DNA of 17,493 nucleotides from Oligoflexales bacterium. Lineage in GTDB: Bacteria > Bdellovibrionota_B > Oligoflexia > Oligoflexales > CAIYRB01. The position numbers and the translations under genes are program-made. The DNA is taken from contig JBGSUI010000107.1 of assembly GCA_041736175.1 (NCBI GenBank), forward strand, positions 1 to 17,493, in the 5' to 3' direction. The number at the start of each line of letters is the position of its first letter. The first letter of the stretch is position 1. Positions 7,821 through 16,233 of this stretch are shown here, one piece after another. Below the pieces are notes generated by a model. That model was not told where the DNA came from. It saw nothing but the letters and a program-made list of their open reading frames with translations, and ran no database searches.

Positions 7821-8010
7821 AACCCAACACAACGTAAAAATAGCGCTAGACAACCCTTCACAGCATCAAATTCCAGCCTCGATCCCCACGGCTGACCAAA
7901 AGTCATCCCCCAAGACCACTCTAGGTTTTTTAGATGTTAAGAAGATATCAGCGTGAGCGCGGTCGTGGTGGCGATCCTCGAAGATTTTTTTGCCAAAAAT
8001 TCCTAGAAAA

Positions 8011-8391
8011 TCAGCCAATAGCCGTGGTTTTATCGATTCCTATTATAAGAGCCAAATTTTTGCGAACATTCGTCAAGGTTTGATCGTCAACCTCTCCCAG
8101 CTTTACTTTAATCCGTGATTTATCGATTGCTCTTATTTGATAGGTATCAATAACGCTAGGTTTTTCCAAACCAGCTTGCTTTTGATTGATAACTGGAACG
8201 AAAATTTTTGACTTACGGTTGCCATCCATGTGAGTAATGGGTACGACAATACAAAGCCCGATCTTACTCGCCATCCCTTCGATAACCATACAAGGACGAG
8301 TTTTATTTTTTTCAGATCCGATCGTAGGATCAAGTATCACGACAACAACATCTCCGGGCTTAAATGATTGATCAATCACGGAATGGCTCAT
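8011..8391 (-). CDS. mazF: Type II toxin, PemK/MazF family endoribonuclease
   Basis: GDVVVVILDPTIGSEKNKTRPCMVI, VVPIT, GLEKPSVIDTYQIRAIDKSRI..KLG. Overlaps the upstream antitoxin gene by 20 nt. Confidence 0.92.
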   Translation of the reverse strand: MSHSVIDQSFKPGDVVVVILDPTIGSEKNKTRPCMVIEGMASKIGLCIVVPITHMDGNRKSKIFVPVINQKQAGLEKPSVIDTYQIRAIDKSRIKVKLGEVDDQTLTNVRKNLALIIGIDKTTAIG

Positions 8392-8623
8392 CTTTTAATT
8401 CACCCCACGGATTTTCTGGCTCGTAGTCATTTAGAGCTTCAGTTAGCCAAGCTTTACGTGTTTCCTCCGGCGAGGGGACCTTTCGAATAATAACTTTATC
8501 GCTACTTACAATAAACTCAAGTTTGTCACCTGTTACAAGCTTAAGTCGTTCACGGATTAATGCTGGGATCACTGTCTGGAATTTTTCGCTCACAGTCGCC
8601 TGAGCTTTTTCCTGGTCTTCCAT
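8372..8623 (-). CDS. AbrB/MazE/SpoVT-family antitoxin
   Basis: ATVSEKFQTVIPALIRERLKLVTGDKLEF...VIIRK swapped-hairpin signature with an acidic C-terminus, directly upstream of the MazF-like gene. Confidence 0.9.
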   Translation of the reverse strand: MEDQEKAQATVSEKFQTVIPALIRERLKLVTGDKLEFIVSSDKVIIRKVPSPEETRKAWLTEALNDYEPENPWGELKDEPFRD

Positions 8624-8646
8624 ATCGATTTCCTTTGAAAAAGTTT

Positions 8647-8692
8647 CCTACAGCAGTAAGAGTACATCTATCTTACCTCTTACGCAAGAGGT
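8647..8692 (-). promoter_or_regulatory. sigma70 promoter of the TA operon with overlapping inverted-repeat operators
   Basis: Minus strand TTGCGT (8687-8682), 17-bp spacer, TACTCT (8664-8659). Inverted repeats GTAAGA-N9-TCTTAC (8656-8676) and ACCTCTT-N4-AAGAGGT (8675-8692) cover the -10 and -35. Confidence 0.6.
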
Positions 8693-8754
8693 CTTATGTA
8701 GGTTATCGGTCGAATGAACCTTTTTCATTAGCCAAATTCTATTGATCCCCATAA

Positions 8755-8781
8755 CAATCTGAAATCATTTGGTTCAGATTG
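8755..8781 (-). terminator. Hairpin downstream of the HAD gene, possible terminator
   Basis: CAATCTGAA-N9-TTCAGATTG, perfect 9-bp arms. The U-tract is poor, so function is uncertain. Confidence 0.3.
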
Positions 8782-8830
8782 ACGGTTCTAAGTGGGGGTC
8801 TTGACCAGAAAGTGCCTGAAGACTGGCTCC

Positions 8831-9442
8831 TTAGGCTTTCTGGTTGTGTGGGATGTCGTTCACATGGATGGCCTCCATCCCGGCGGCTCTTGCCGCTTGG
8901 AGCCCGATCTCGGTATCTTCGAAGGCGAGGCAGCGTCGCGGATCGACGCCAAGCCGTCGGGCTGCTTCTAGGTAAACATCAGGTGACGGCTTGTGGTGTT
9001 TGACGTCTTCTGCGGCGACGATCGTCTGAAACAGATGGTCCAAACCCGCATGCTTAAGCTCTGCCTGGGCCAGCTTGAGGGTGGCTCCGGTAGCTACCGC
9101 GAGGGGACAAACTCCGTAGGCTTTAAGAGCGACATCGACGGCTCTCTGGATCGGTTTGATCTGGGCCAGATGGACCATAAAAGCGGCGTCTTTTTCCTGG
9201 GAGACTTGGACAGGATCGATCTTGATACCAGCCTCGGCTGCTAGGATGGCAGCGGTTTTTTCGGTGGAGATGCCGCCCATTTTATAGAAACGATCTTCGG
9301 GAAATTCCAGTCCGTATTTTTTTAGGACATGACTCCATGCCACATAGTGAAGGGGCATGGAGTCCACCAGGGTTCCATCACAGTCAAAAACGATGCCCTC
9401 GTAGGACGCCAGGTTAAGGAAAGGTCGTTTTGAGGGACTCAT
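8831..9442 (-). CDS. HAD-superfamily phosphatase (YqaB / beta-phosphoglucomutase-like)
   Basis: Motif I FDCDGTLVDS, motif II VATG, motif III KPSPD, motif IV FEDTEIGLQAARAAGM. ATG 9442 fits SD AGGAG better than TTG 9451. Confidence 0.92.
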   Translation of the reverse strand: MSPSKRPFLNLASYEGIVFDCDGTLVDSMPLHYVAWSHVLKKYGLEFPEDRFYKMGGISTEKTAAILAAEAGIKIDPVQVSQEKDAAFMVHLAQIKPIQRAVDVALKAYGVCPLAVATGATLKLAQAELKHAGLDHLFQTIVAAEDVKHHKPSPDVYLEAARRLGVDPRRCLAFEDTEIGLQAARAAGMEAIHVNDIPHNQKA

Positions 9443-9486
9443 CGTTGTCAAGGCTCCTGGGCTGAGGGATCCGGTTACAAATCAAA

Positions 9487-10590
9487 CTAGGAATAAACAG
9501 AGTAGGATTTTCCCAGGGCTTCTGCAACAGCCTTATGGGTGATCTCACCTTGATGGGTGTTGAGACCTTTACGGAGAGCAGGGTCAAGCATAAGAGCCTT
9601 GCTAAAGCCGTGCTGGGCGATTTCTAAAGCATACTTGATGGTCACGTTGGTCAGGGCATAGGTGCTGGTCTTAGGCACATCTCCCGGAATATTAGTGACG
9701 CCATAGTGGAGCACGTTATCAACCACATAGACTGGATCATCGTGGGTGGTAGGCCGAATCGTCTCGACACAGCCACCTTGGTCGATGGCGACGTCGACGA
9801 TGACCGAGCCCTTTTCCATGGTTCGAATCATCTCTCGCGTAACGAGCCGAGGAGCTTTGGCACCTGTGACCAAAACTCCGCCCACCACCAGGTCTGCTTC
9901 GGCGACTGATTCGGCGAGATTTTCAGGGTTGGACATCAGGGTGGTGATGTTGTTTTGGAAAATATCATCCAAAGCTGCCAGCCTTCGTGCGCTCACATCG
10001 AGGATCGTCACCCGCGCACCGAGGCCCACAGCCATCTTAGCGGAGTTGATCCCGACGACGCCGCCGCCAATGATCGTGACCCGACCTCTTTTAACGCCAG
10101 GGACGCCCCCTAAAAGAACTCCTTTGCCACCGCTGTGTTTTTGGAGGCATTGGGCCCCGACTTGGACAGCCATACGGCCAGCGACTTCTGACATAGGGGT
10201 TAGGAGGGGAAGGGAACGATCTTCGAGTTCGATGGTCTCATAGGCGATCGCCGAGACTTTTTTCTTGACTAACTGTTCGGCAAGTTCAGGGACCGCTGCA
10301 AGATGCAGGTAGGTATAGAGGACAAGACCCTCGCGAAGATGGACATACTCTTCGGCGATAGGTTCTTTAACCTTGATCACCATATCAGCCTTGCCCCAGG
10401 CCTCCACTGCCGACGGGACGATCGAGGCACCGGCAGCCATATACTTTTCATCAGGGATGCCAGCTCCCTCTCCAGCACCCCGCTCGATCAGGACCCGGTG
10501 GCCGGCGCTGACTAACTGTTTGACCCCTCCGGGCACGATGGCAACGCGGTTTTCGCGGTTTTTGACTTCTTTAGGTACACCGATAATCAT
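9487..10590 (-). CDS. ald: Alanine dehydrogenase
   Basis: [49 protein letters not shown] (NAD binding), [13 protein letters not shown]. Confidence 0.98.
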   Translation of the reverse strand: MIIGVPKEVKNRENRVAIVPGGVKQLVSAGHRVLIERGAGEGAGIPDEKYMAAGASIVPSAVEAWGKADMVIKVKEPIAEEYVHLREGLVLYTYLHLAAVPELAEQLVKKKVSAIAYETIELEDRSLPLLTPMSEVAGRMAVQVGAQCLQKHSGGKGVLLGGVPGVKRGRVTIIGGGVVGINSAKMAVGLGARVTILDVSARRLAALDDIFQNNITTLMSNPENLAESVAEADLVVGGVLVTGAKAPRLVTREMIRTMEKGSVIVDVAIDQGGCVETIRPTTHDDPVYVVDNVLHYGVTNIPGDVPKTSTYALTNVTIKYALEIAQHGFSKALMLDPALRKGLNTHQGEITHKAVAEALGKSYSVYS

Positions 10591-10784
10591 GCTTAATTCC
10601 TTTGTTCCCTGATTTTGATCTTAGGACTGGGTCTATTTGGCGACTTTGCGGACTTTTCAGGCGCCTTCTCGGCCTTATTCATAATGCACGGCCCCAAGGG
10701 ACGTCAATGGTCAGGTGTTCCTTCGAGATCTATAGGAAACACCAGATCATAACACCCTAAAACTATAGCTTTATAGACAAATTT

Positions 10785-10812
10785 TAAATCCGCTATTCTC
10801 CCCTGCCGATAA
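10785..10812 (+). promoter_or_regulatory. sigma28 (FliA/SigD) promoter motif
   Basis: TAAA (10785-10788), N16, GCCGATAA (10805-10812). The -10 element is a perfect match, 21 nt upstream of GTG 10834. Confidence 0.75.
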
Positions 10813-10833
10813 GATTTGAAATGCGAGGTGAAC

Positions 10834-11925
10834 GTGAAAAAACATAATTCAGTTAAAATCACATTAAAATTAGCCGTCTTAGGTGGAGTTGTAGCATGCT
10901 CCAGTGTCACAGACTTTAAAAGCCGGCCAGCCCAAACGACAAGTTCGGAAGAGCGGGAGAGCGACGCTTTGTCCGTTGAACTTAACGGCCAAAGGAGTGA
11001 TCAGGAAAACTCTACCCAGAATTCGACGATACAGTCCGCGTCTACTAATCCTTCTCCAATCGCTACCAACACCGCACAGGTTTCCAAGAGTGAAACAGGT
11101 TCCGAGACAAAACCGATTTTAGTAGAAAAGCAGGAGTATTCAACGGGTTCTACCGGCACTTTAGACCGCCCTAAACAAGAGACCCAGGAAAATAAGGATA
11201 AAGAGGACGAGGAGGATGAGCAAGGGAAGCAAACTTCTGAAAATACAGAAGCCGATCGCCCCATCCCCATTACGGGAGGATTTTTAACCTGTACCAAAGC
11301 AGACGGGTTGTTCTGTGCGATCGATATCCAAGCTGGGGTGAAGTTTCCTTTTATCGTTCAACCGATGGCTCAAATTTCGGTCGAGATCAACAACACTTCG
11401 ATCTTAGTCCCTGTCACAGCGACCTATCAACCCATAACATCCCGCTGGCATTGGAAGATCGACCAAACCGGTCTCGAAATAGCACAAGTCACAAAGGTCA
11501 TGGTGAGACTGGGACCAGCCACTGGTGGGAGGATCTACCAAACAACGTTTCTATTGACGCCCCAAAGAATTGGAGATGGCACAAATAATGGAACCCAAGG
11601 TGGCTGTTCTCTCCAAACCTTTTCAACTTCGGTCAATGGAGGGCTGACCTTTAATAAAACATTTATACTTAATAAACCTATCCAAGATCTGCGAATCACC
11701 ATCGTCCGCTTGTGTGGGGTCGTTAGAGCCAACGAAGGGCTTGTCAGGCTATTTAGGGGGACCTTGTTGGTTGGGTCAACCTTTTTGCCTATCACCGTAG
11801 GAGAAAATGATTTCTCAGTCCGATTCAAAGATCTTCCCCCTGGAGACTATCGTATCGAATTAGTCCCAGGTAACAAAGTAGATATCGATGATTTTATGTT
11901 TTATGACTTGAGGGTCTCCTATTGA
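10834..11925 (+). CDS. Hypothetical lipoprotein with a long disordered S/T/E/Q-rich tether and Cys-containing beta-rich C-terminal domain(s)
   Basis: GTG 10834 follows GAGG. MKK n-region, lipobox VVAC (Cys22), about 120 aa of low-complexity linker, then PIPITGGFLTC..C and a second Cys pair. TTG 10816 would lie at or before the predicted sigma28 +1. Confidence 0.78.
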   Translation: MKKHNSVKITLKLAVLGGVVACSSVTDFKSRPAQTTSSEERESDALSVELNGQRSDQENSTQNSTIQSASTNPSPIATNTAQVSKSETGSETKPILVEKQEYSTGSTGTLDRPKQETQENKDKEDEEDEQGKQTSENTEADRPIPITGGFLTCTKADGLFCAIDIQAGVKFPFIVQPMAQISVEINNTSILVPVTATYQPITSRWHWKIDQTGLEIAQVTKVMVRLGPATGGRIYQTTFLLTPQRIGDGTNNGTQGGCSLQTFSTSVNGGLTFNKTFILNKPIQDLRITIVRLCGVVRANEGLVRLFRGTLLVGSTFLPITVGENDFSVRFKDLPPGDYRIELVPGNKVDIDDFMFYDLRVSY

Positions 11926-11947
11926 TTTTAAATCAGCAGATCACCTG

Positions 11948-12793
11948 TTAGGAAAATTCTTTAAGAGGAACCTCAACAACCATTCCATCATAGGCGAGAT
12001 GGATGTTGGGTGGCAGGTTTTCACTGGCCCCCTCGTGATCCACATCATGGTTGATATGGGATACGATCCCTCGTTTGACCTTAAGTCGTTCCATCAGACC
12101 GACTGTTTCTGGTAGAGTGCTGTGGGTGGGAAGGGTCCGGTAGCGCACTCCACTGGCCACCAAAGTATGGATGGTCCCCGTCCAGCGATTGATAAGGGAC
12201 TCTGGAAAGGCCTTGAAGTCGGTGGCGTAGACAAAACCTCCCAGGCGGAAGGCGACGGACTGGGTGTTGCCATGGGGGAGGTAAACTGTTTCGAATTGAT
12301 GACCTAAAACCGCAAGCGGTCCTTCGTCAAAGGCGTTGAGGATGACTTGGGGTTTTGTCCCCATATAGCCCAGGTCATTAAAAGCATAGTTAAATCGAAC
12401 TTTAAATTCGTCTACATGGAGGTTAGATAGGTAGCAGTGCATGGGTTTTTGGGTGCGGAAATAGAAAGCACGGATATCATCAAATCCATGACAATGATCT
12501 GCATGGGTGTGGGTGTAGAATACATGGGTGAGATCCTGAACCCGATGCCTAAGCATCTGCTCCCTAAAATCAGGGCCGGTATCGATGACGATGTGTTGCC
12601 CTTGGTCCAAGGTCAGCATGATCGAAGCCCGCGACCGCTGGTGGTAGGGATGGGAGCTTGTGCAAACAGCACAGTCGCACCCAATCACGGGAACTCCGGT
12701 GCTGGTGCCGCTTCCTAAGATCGTGACTCTGACCCAGCCTTTGGCGGGAGTCTCGAGGGGACGAGTCGCTAAGGGGTGTTTTTTGTCGTCCAT
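11948..12793 (-). CDS. MBL-fold metallo-hydrolase, PhnP-like phosphodiesterase family
   Basis: LGSGTSTGVPVIGCDCAVC, IDTGPDFREQ, THTHADHCHGFDD (HxHxDH), LPHG, YATD, PTH, SHINH, LAYDG. Confidence 0.93.
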   Translation of the reverse strand: MDDKKHPLATRPLETPAKGWVRVTILGSGTSTGVPVIGCDCAVCTSSHPYHQRSRASIMLTLDQGQHIVIDTGPDFREQMLRHRVQDLTHVFYTHTHADHCHGFDDIRAFYFRTQKPMHCYLSNLHVDEFKVRFNYAFNDLGYMGTKPQVILNAFDEGPLAVLGHQFETVYLPHGNTQSVAFRLGGFVYATDFKAFPESLINRWTGTIHTLVASGVRYRTLPTHSTLPETVGLMERLKVKRGIVSHINHDVDHEGASENLPPNIHLAYDGMVVEVPLKEFS

Positions 12794-12808
12794 AAGCTAT
12801 CTCTTTCT

Positions 12809-14278
12809 TTAAAATCTTATCGGTGCATCCAGGCTAAAGTACTGGCGCAACAGTCTTGGGCGTTCGAGGTCGCTGGCGTGGGCGTAGGTTTTCATAGCGT
12901 CGAGCTTGAGGAGATCGTTTCTTTTTCGATCTGGATAGGTGCGCAGGACCTGGGATTCGTTTGCCGACCCTTCAAATATAACCACAGAGTTGTTTGCTTG
13001 TTCAGCATAATACCCCGAACTGCTGCCTCCATAGGACGAGCGGAGGCGTGACAGGAGGGATTCTCGGTAAAGGATATCCAGGATTTGGTGAAGGTCCCGA
13101 TCGGGGAGATTGACTTGGCTTCTCATGGCGTAGAGAGCCTGGTCTTCGTCGATACCGTGGGGGCCTTGGATCGATTTACGGATCAGAGTCAGACAAGCTT
13201 TAAGATGGGAGACGTCGGGGTAAGACTTGTCGATCATAAACTTTTGGACGTGATAGTCCCGACTATTGAAAAATAGCCCACAGGAGGCAGTGCCGCCATC
13301 CCGACCGGCGCGCCCGATCTCCTGGACGTACTGTTCCAAGCTGCTCGGAAGACCCATATGATGGACAAAGCGGATATCAGATTTGTCGATGCCGAGCCCA
13401 AAAGCGTTGGTCGCGACGACGATGGGGATTCTCCCGTGGATAAACTCCTGTTGGGCGTATTGGCGCTGGTCCGGTAAGAGGCCAGCATGGTAGGGAAGGC
13501 TGGGAATCCCAGCGTTGCGGAGCATTCCGTGGACCTCGCCCACGAGTTTGCGGGTGGTTGCATAAATAATCCCGCAGCCCTTGGAGCTTTGAACTGACTG
13601 GAGCAGGGCTGTGTATTGGCTGTCGATATTTTTGCTGCTGATCACCTTGATCTTAAGGTTGGACCTGGTGATCTCCCCTGCAACCTGTGCGGGCCGTTGC
13701 AACAGCAGAATCTCAGCGATATCCTGACGGACTTGGGATGTGGCCGTCGCCGTGACAGCAAGCTTTTGGGTCGGTCCCAGAGGTGCCAGATATTGGCCCA
13801 AAAGCCGGTAGTCCGGACGAAAGTGTCCACCCCATTGGCTGATGCAGTGGGCCTCATCGACTGCGATCAATTGTATGGGTAGTGAGCGGAGTTTTTCTCT
13901 AAAGTCATCTCGCGCGAGGCGTTCTGGGGAAATGAGGAGTATTTTAGTGATTCCCTGGCTGAGGTCCGTCATCACCTGGTCTTTTTCTCCCGCGGTGCGG
14001 TGGCTATCAAGCCAGTCGCAGGGGATGCCAGCTTGTTTAAAACGCCAGGCTTGGTCTCGCATCAGGGCGATCAGTGGGCTGATCACTAAGACAAGGCCGG
14101 GGCGTACGACTGCTGGCAAACCATAGCAAAGGGATTTGCCACTACCTGTAGGAAGTATGGCAATGCAGTCCTGCCCAGCAAAAACCTGCTGCAGGACTTT
14201 GGTCTGATGGGGGCGTAACGTCTCATATCCAAACAGTTCACGGGCTTTTTCAGCCGCCTGGGTCAGCAATGCTTGCAA
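12809..14278 (-). CDS. recQ: RecQ-family ATP-dependent DNA helicase (short form, no HRDC domain)
   Basis: FGYETLRPHQ, PTGSGKS, SPLIALMRDQ, VDEAHCISQWG.HFRPDY, TATAT, YHAGL, ATNAFGLGIDK, QEIGRAGRDG. TTG start with SD GGGAG. Confidence 0.93.
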   Translation of the reverse strand: MQALLTQAAEKARELFGYETLRPHQTKVLQQVFAGQDCIAILPTGSGKSLCYGLPAVVRPGLVLVISPLIALMRDQAWRFKQAGIPCDWLDSHRTAGEKDQVMTDLSQGITKILLISPERLARDDFREKLRSLPIQLIAVDEAHCISQWGGHFRPDYRLLGQYLAPLGPTQKLAVTATATSQVRQDIAEILLLQRPAQVAGEITRSNLKIKVISSKNIDSQYTALLQSVQSSKGCGIIYATTRKLVGEVHGMLRNAGIPSLPYHAGLLPDQRQYAQQEFIHGRIPIVVATNAFGLGIDKSDIRFVHHMGLPSSLEQYVQEIGRAGRDGGTASCGLFFNSRDYHVQKFMIDKSYPDVSHLKACLTLIRKSIQGPHGIDEDQALYAMRSQVNLPDRDLHQILDILYRESLLSRLRSSYGGSSSGYYAEQANNSVVIFEGSANESQVLRTYPDRKRNDLLKLDAMKTYAHASDLERPRLLRQYFSLDAPIRF

Positions 14279-14456
14279 GAGGAATCTCCCGAACCTGGGT
14301 CCGCTCTATGGATACCTTGCCCATGGGAGATATTCCATAGATATTTAGGCGGAACGCCTTCGAGCTTGAGGACAGAGGCTTAGGAGGTAAAAGCCTTTGG
14401 AATGTTCTCACTGCTCTTTGTAATTAAAATTGGTTCTAGGAGACGGCGAGTCTGTG

Positions 14457-15359
14457 TCATTGGCTAAAAACAGAGTCAAATGCTGAATCTCTGACTAAAA
14501 CTCCCATCTGCTTTAACTTCATTAGAAACAAAAAAAACTGTTGTTGGTCTATTTGATCAATTTTTTGTTTAGAATCTTTGACAATTGGCATCTCAGAAAC
14601 TGCCTTGTAAAGATCTCTTCCAGCCTTTAAACTCCGGAAAAAATCAAAGTAAGTCTCTTTTATTTCAATGGAAACTACCGTCGTAGATTCAGTCTTAACC
14701 AATAAAATTCCAGTTGGCTGCTTGTTTATATATTTTTCAAAATCGCATTTCTCAAAATCTTCAGATTGGCTACTTTGATCACACCGGCTCCAGGCGCCAA
14801 ATAAATCAATCGAACCTTTGGGAATCATCAACTCGTGCCCCGGGGAAAGGACCCATTTAGTTGTTGCAATCGCCCTATGTTGAAGCTGTCCAAAAAAATC
14901 TGGTCCTTGCAAAATCTGCCACCGCAGCAGTGCAAGTTCAACCAAGTCTCCTATGAGCTGCCCATACTCATTTGGTGAGTTTTTACGGACATAGTCAGGA
15001 AGGCCCTGTATTGCAGAAACCATACAATGAGGATTCTGAGGCTTACGGGAATTCTCTATAGGCTTTTCTGTCTTATTCTGTGGAGAAATGGAATGAAAAA
15101 ACCTTGCAGTTAGCTCAACCATAAAATCATCACCAAGGGCTCGGCACAGGGGCGCCAAGGCGAGCTTGGGAAGGTGCATAAAGACCCTTCCCGCAAAGCT
15201 CTGTCTATAGATTTTAAGGCGCTCCCGAGAGAGTTGGTTAAACAAAGAAACGACTCCTGAGTCGTCCCCACCATCCCTGAATAGGGCATCAGGATCTCCT
15301 AAACTTACCACATAATCAGCCAAATAATCTTGGAGCATGAGGTCTTCAGCATTCAGCAT
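14457..15359 (-). CDS. DUF2063 / BufC-HvfC-like MNIO partner (peptide-recognition) protein, divergent
   Basis: N-terminal LQDYLADYV...RLKIYRQSF.GRV...LG.DF..L..RF pattern and DLVEL. Lies directly after DUF692 with an overlap. ATG 15359 has AGAGGT upstream; the track uses GTG 15380. Confidence 0.7.
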   Translation of the reverse strand: MLNAEDLMLQDYLADYVVSLGDPDALFRDGGDDSGVVSLFNQLSRERLKIYRQSFAGRVFMHLPKLALAPLCRALGDDFMVELTARFFHSISPQNKTEKPIENSRKPQNPHCMVSAIQGLPDYVRKNSPNEYGQLIGDLVELALLRWQILQGPDFFGQLQHRAIATTKWVLSPGHELMIPKGSIDLFGAWSRCDQSSQSEDFEKCDFEKYINKQPTGILLVKTESTTVVSIEIKETYFDFFRSLKAGRDLYKAVSEMPIVKDSKQKIDQIDQQQFFLFLMKLKQMGVLVRDSAFDSVFSQ

Positions 15360-16233
15360 GAGATTGATACCTCTTGTCACAAAAGCCCGAGCTTTTTACA
15401 AACGCCTGACATATCCGAGCCCCTTCCCCTAAGACGGTTGCCAAGTCCGCCGCTGGGTCGTCCCACTCCAAAATGACTGGGGTCGTTTCCCTGAGCTCTA
15501 CCATCACCTTTTCTAATATCCTAAGTACTGGATCTGCGACTGGCTGATCATGGGTATCAAAAAGGTAGGTGGGGTAAACGGAGTGACCTGCAACGTGGAT
15601 TTGGGTGACAGCCTTTAAGGGGTACAAACTCAATTCGTAATCGACATTTTGCCCAAAATTGACGGCATTCACATAAATATTGTTTACATCCAGGAGGAGT
15701 CCACAGCCGGTGATTTGAGTGAGCTCACTAAAAAAAGATCCTTCTTCCATCTCACTTTGGGGGTAGTCAATATACCGAGAGATATTCTCCAGGGAAATCT
15801 GCCGATCTAGATAGTCTTGGACCTGTTGGACCCGCTCGGCAATATGGGTTAGGTAACGCCAATGGAGAGGGAACGGTAGTAGTTCAAAGGTGGCAGTGTT
15901 TTCCGTACGAGTAAAGCAGAGGTGATCGGAAAGCACCAGAGGCTGAAATCTGTTGGCCAGCTCCTTAAGACCACGGAGGTAGCTTTCGTCTAGGGGAACA
16001 TAGCCACCGATGTTTAGACCTATCCCGTGAAAAACCAAGGGCACCCCCTCAGCCAAACGACCTACAGCGGCAAGACCTGGGCCTCCACGGTGCCCGATGA
16101 TATCGTCAACCATCACTTCAAGCCAAGGAGGAGGGTCTACTTGCAGCCAAGCGGAAAAATGCTGCTGTCGCAAGCCGTAACCTAACATCAGCTTTTCTCC
16201 TGTAGGCATACCCGGGTTTGGAATCATAGACAT
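15346..16233 (-). CDS. DUF692 multinuclear non-heme iron oxidative enzyme (MNIO; BufB/HvfB/MbnB/TglH family)
   Basis: GYGLRQQH, HGIGLNIG, SDHLCF, LLPFP, LENISRY, LLLDVNNIYVN, IHVAGH, DTH, LEWD. TGATG overlap with the precursor stop codon. Confidence 0.95.
   Translation of the reverse strand: MSMIPNPGMPTGEKLMLGYGLRQQHFSAWLQVDPPPWLEVMVDDIIGHRGGPGLAAVGRLAEGVPLVFHGIGLNIGGYVPLDESYLRGLKELANRFQPLVLSDHLCFTRTENTATFELLPFPLHWRYLTHIAERVQQVQDYLDRQISLENISRYIDYPQSEMEEGSFFSELTQITGCGLLLDVNNIYVNAVNFGQNVDYELSLYPLKAVTQIHVAGHSVYPTYLFDTHDQPVADPVLRILEKVMVELRETTPVILEWDDPAADLATVLGEGARICQAFVKSSGFCDKRYQSHAEC

Noticed and set aside
9706..10612. Plus-strand ORFs opposite ald (e.g. 9746..10243, 165 aa)
   Set aside because: Antisense shadow ORFs typical of strongly codon-biased genes. 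The same applies to those opposite recQ, the MBL gene, the GT4 gene and the ATPase.
10681..10707. Possible sigma70 promoter for ald (TTGACG-N15-CATTAT on minus)
   Set aside because: The spacer is short and the -10 is imperfect, so it is not supportable without start-site data.
14279..14445. GGA-rich plus-strand stretch with hairpins as a CsrB/RsmY-like sRNA
   Set aside because: Most GGAs lack the ANGGA context, and no plus-strand promoter or terminator is evident.
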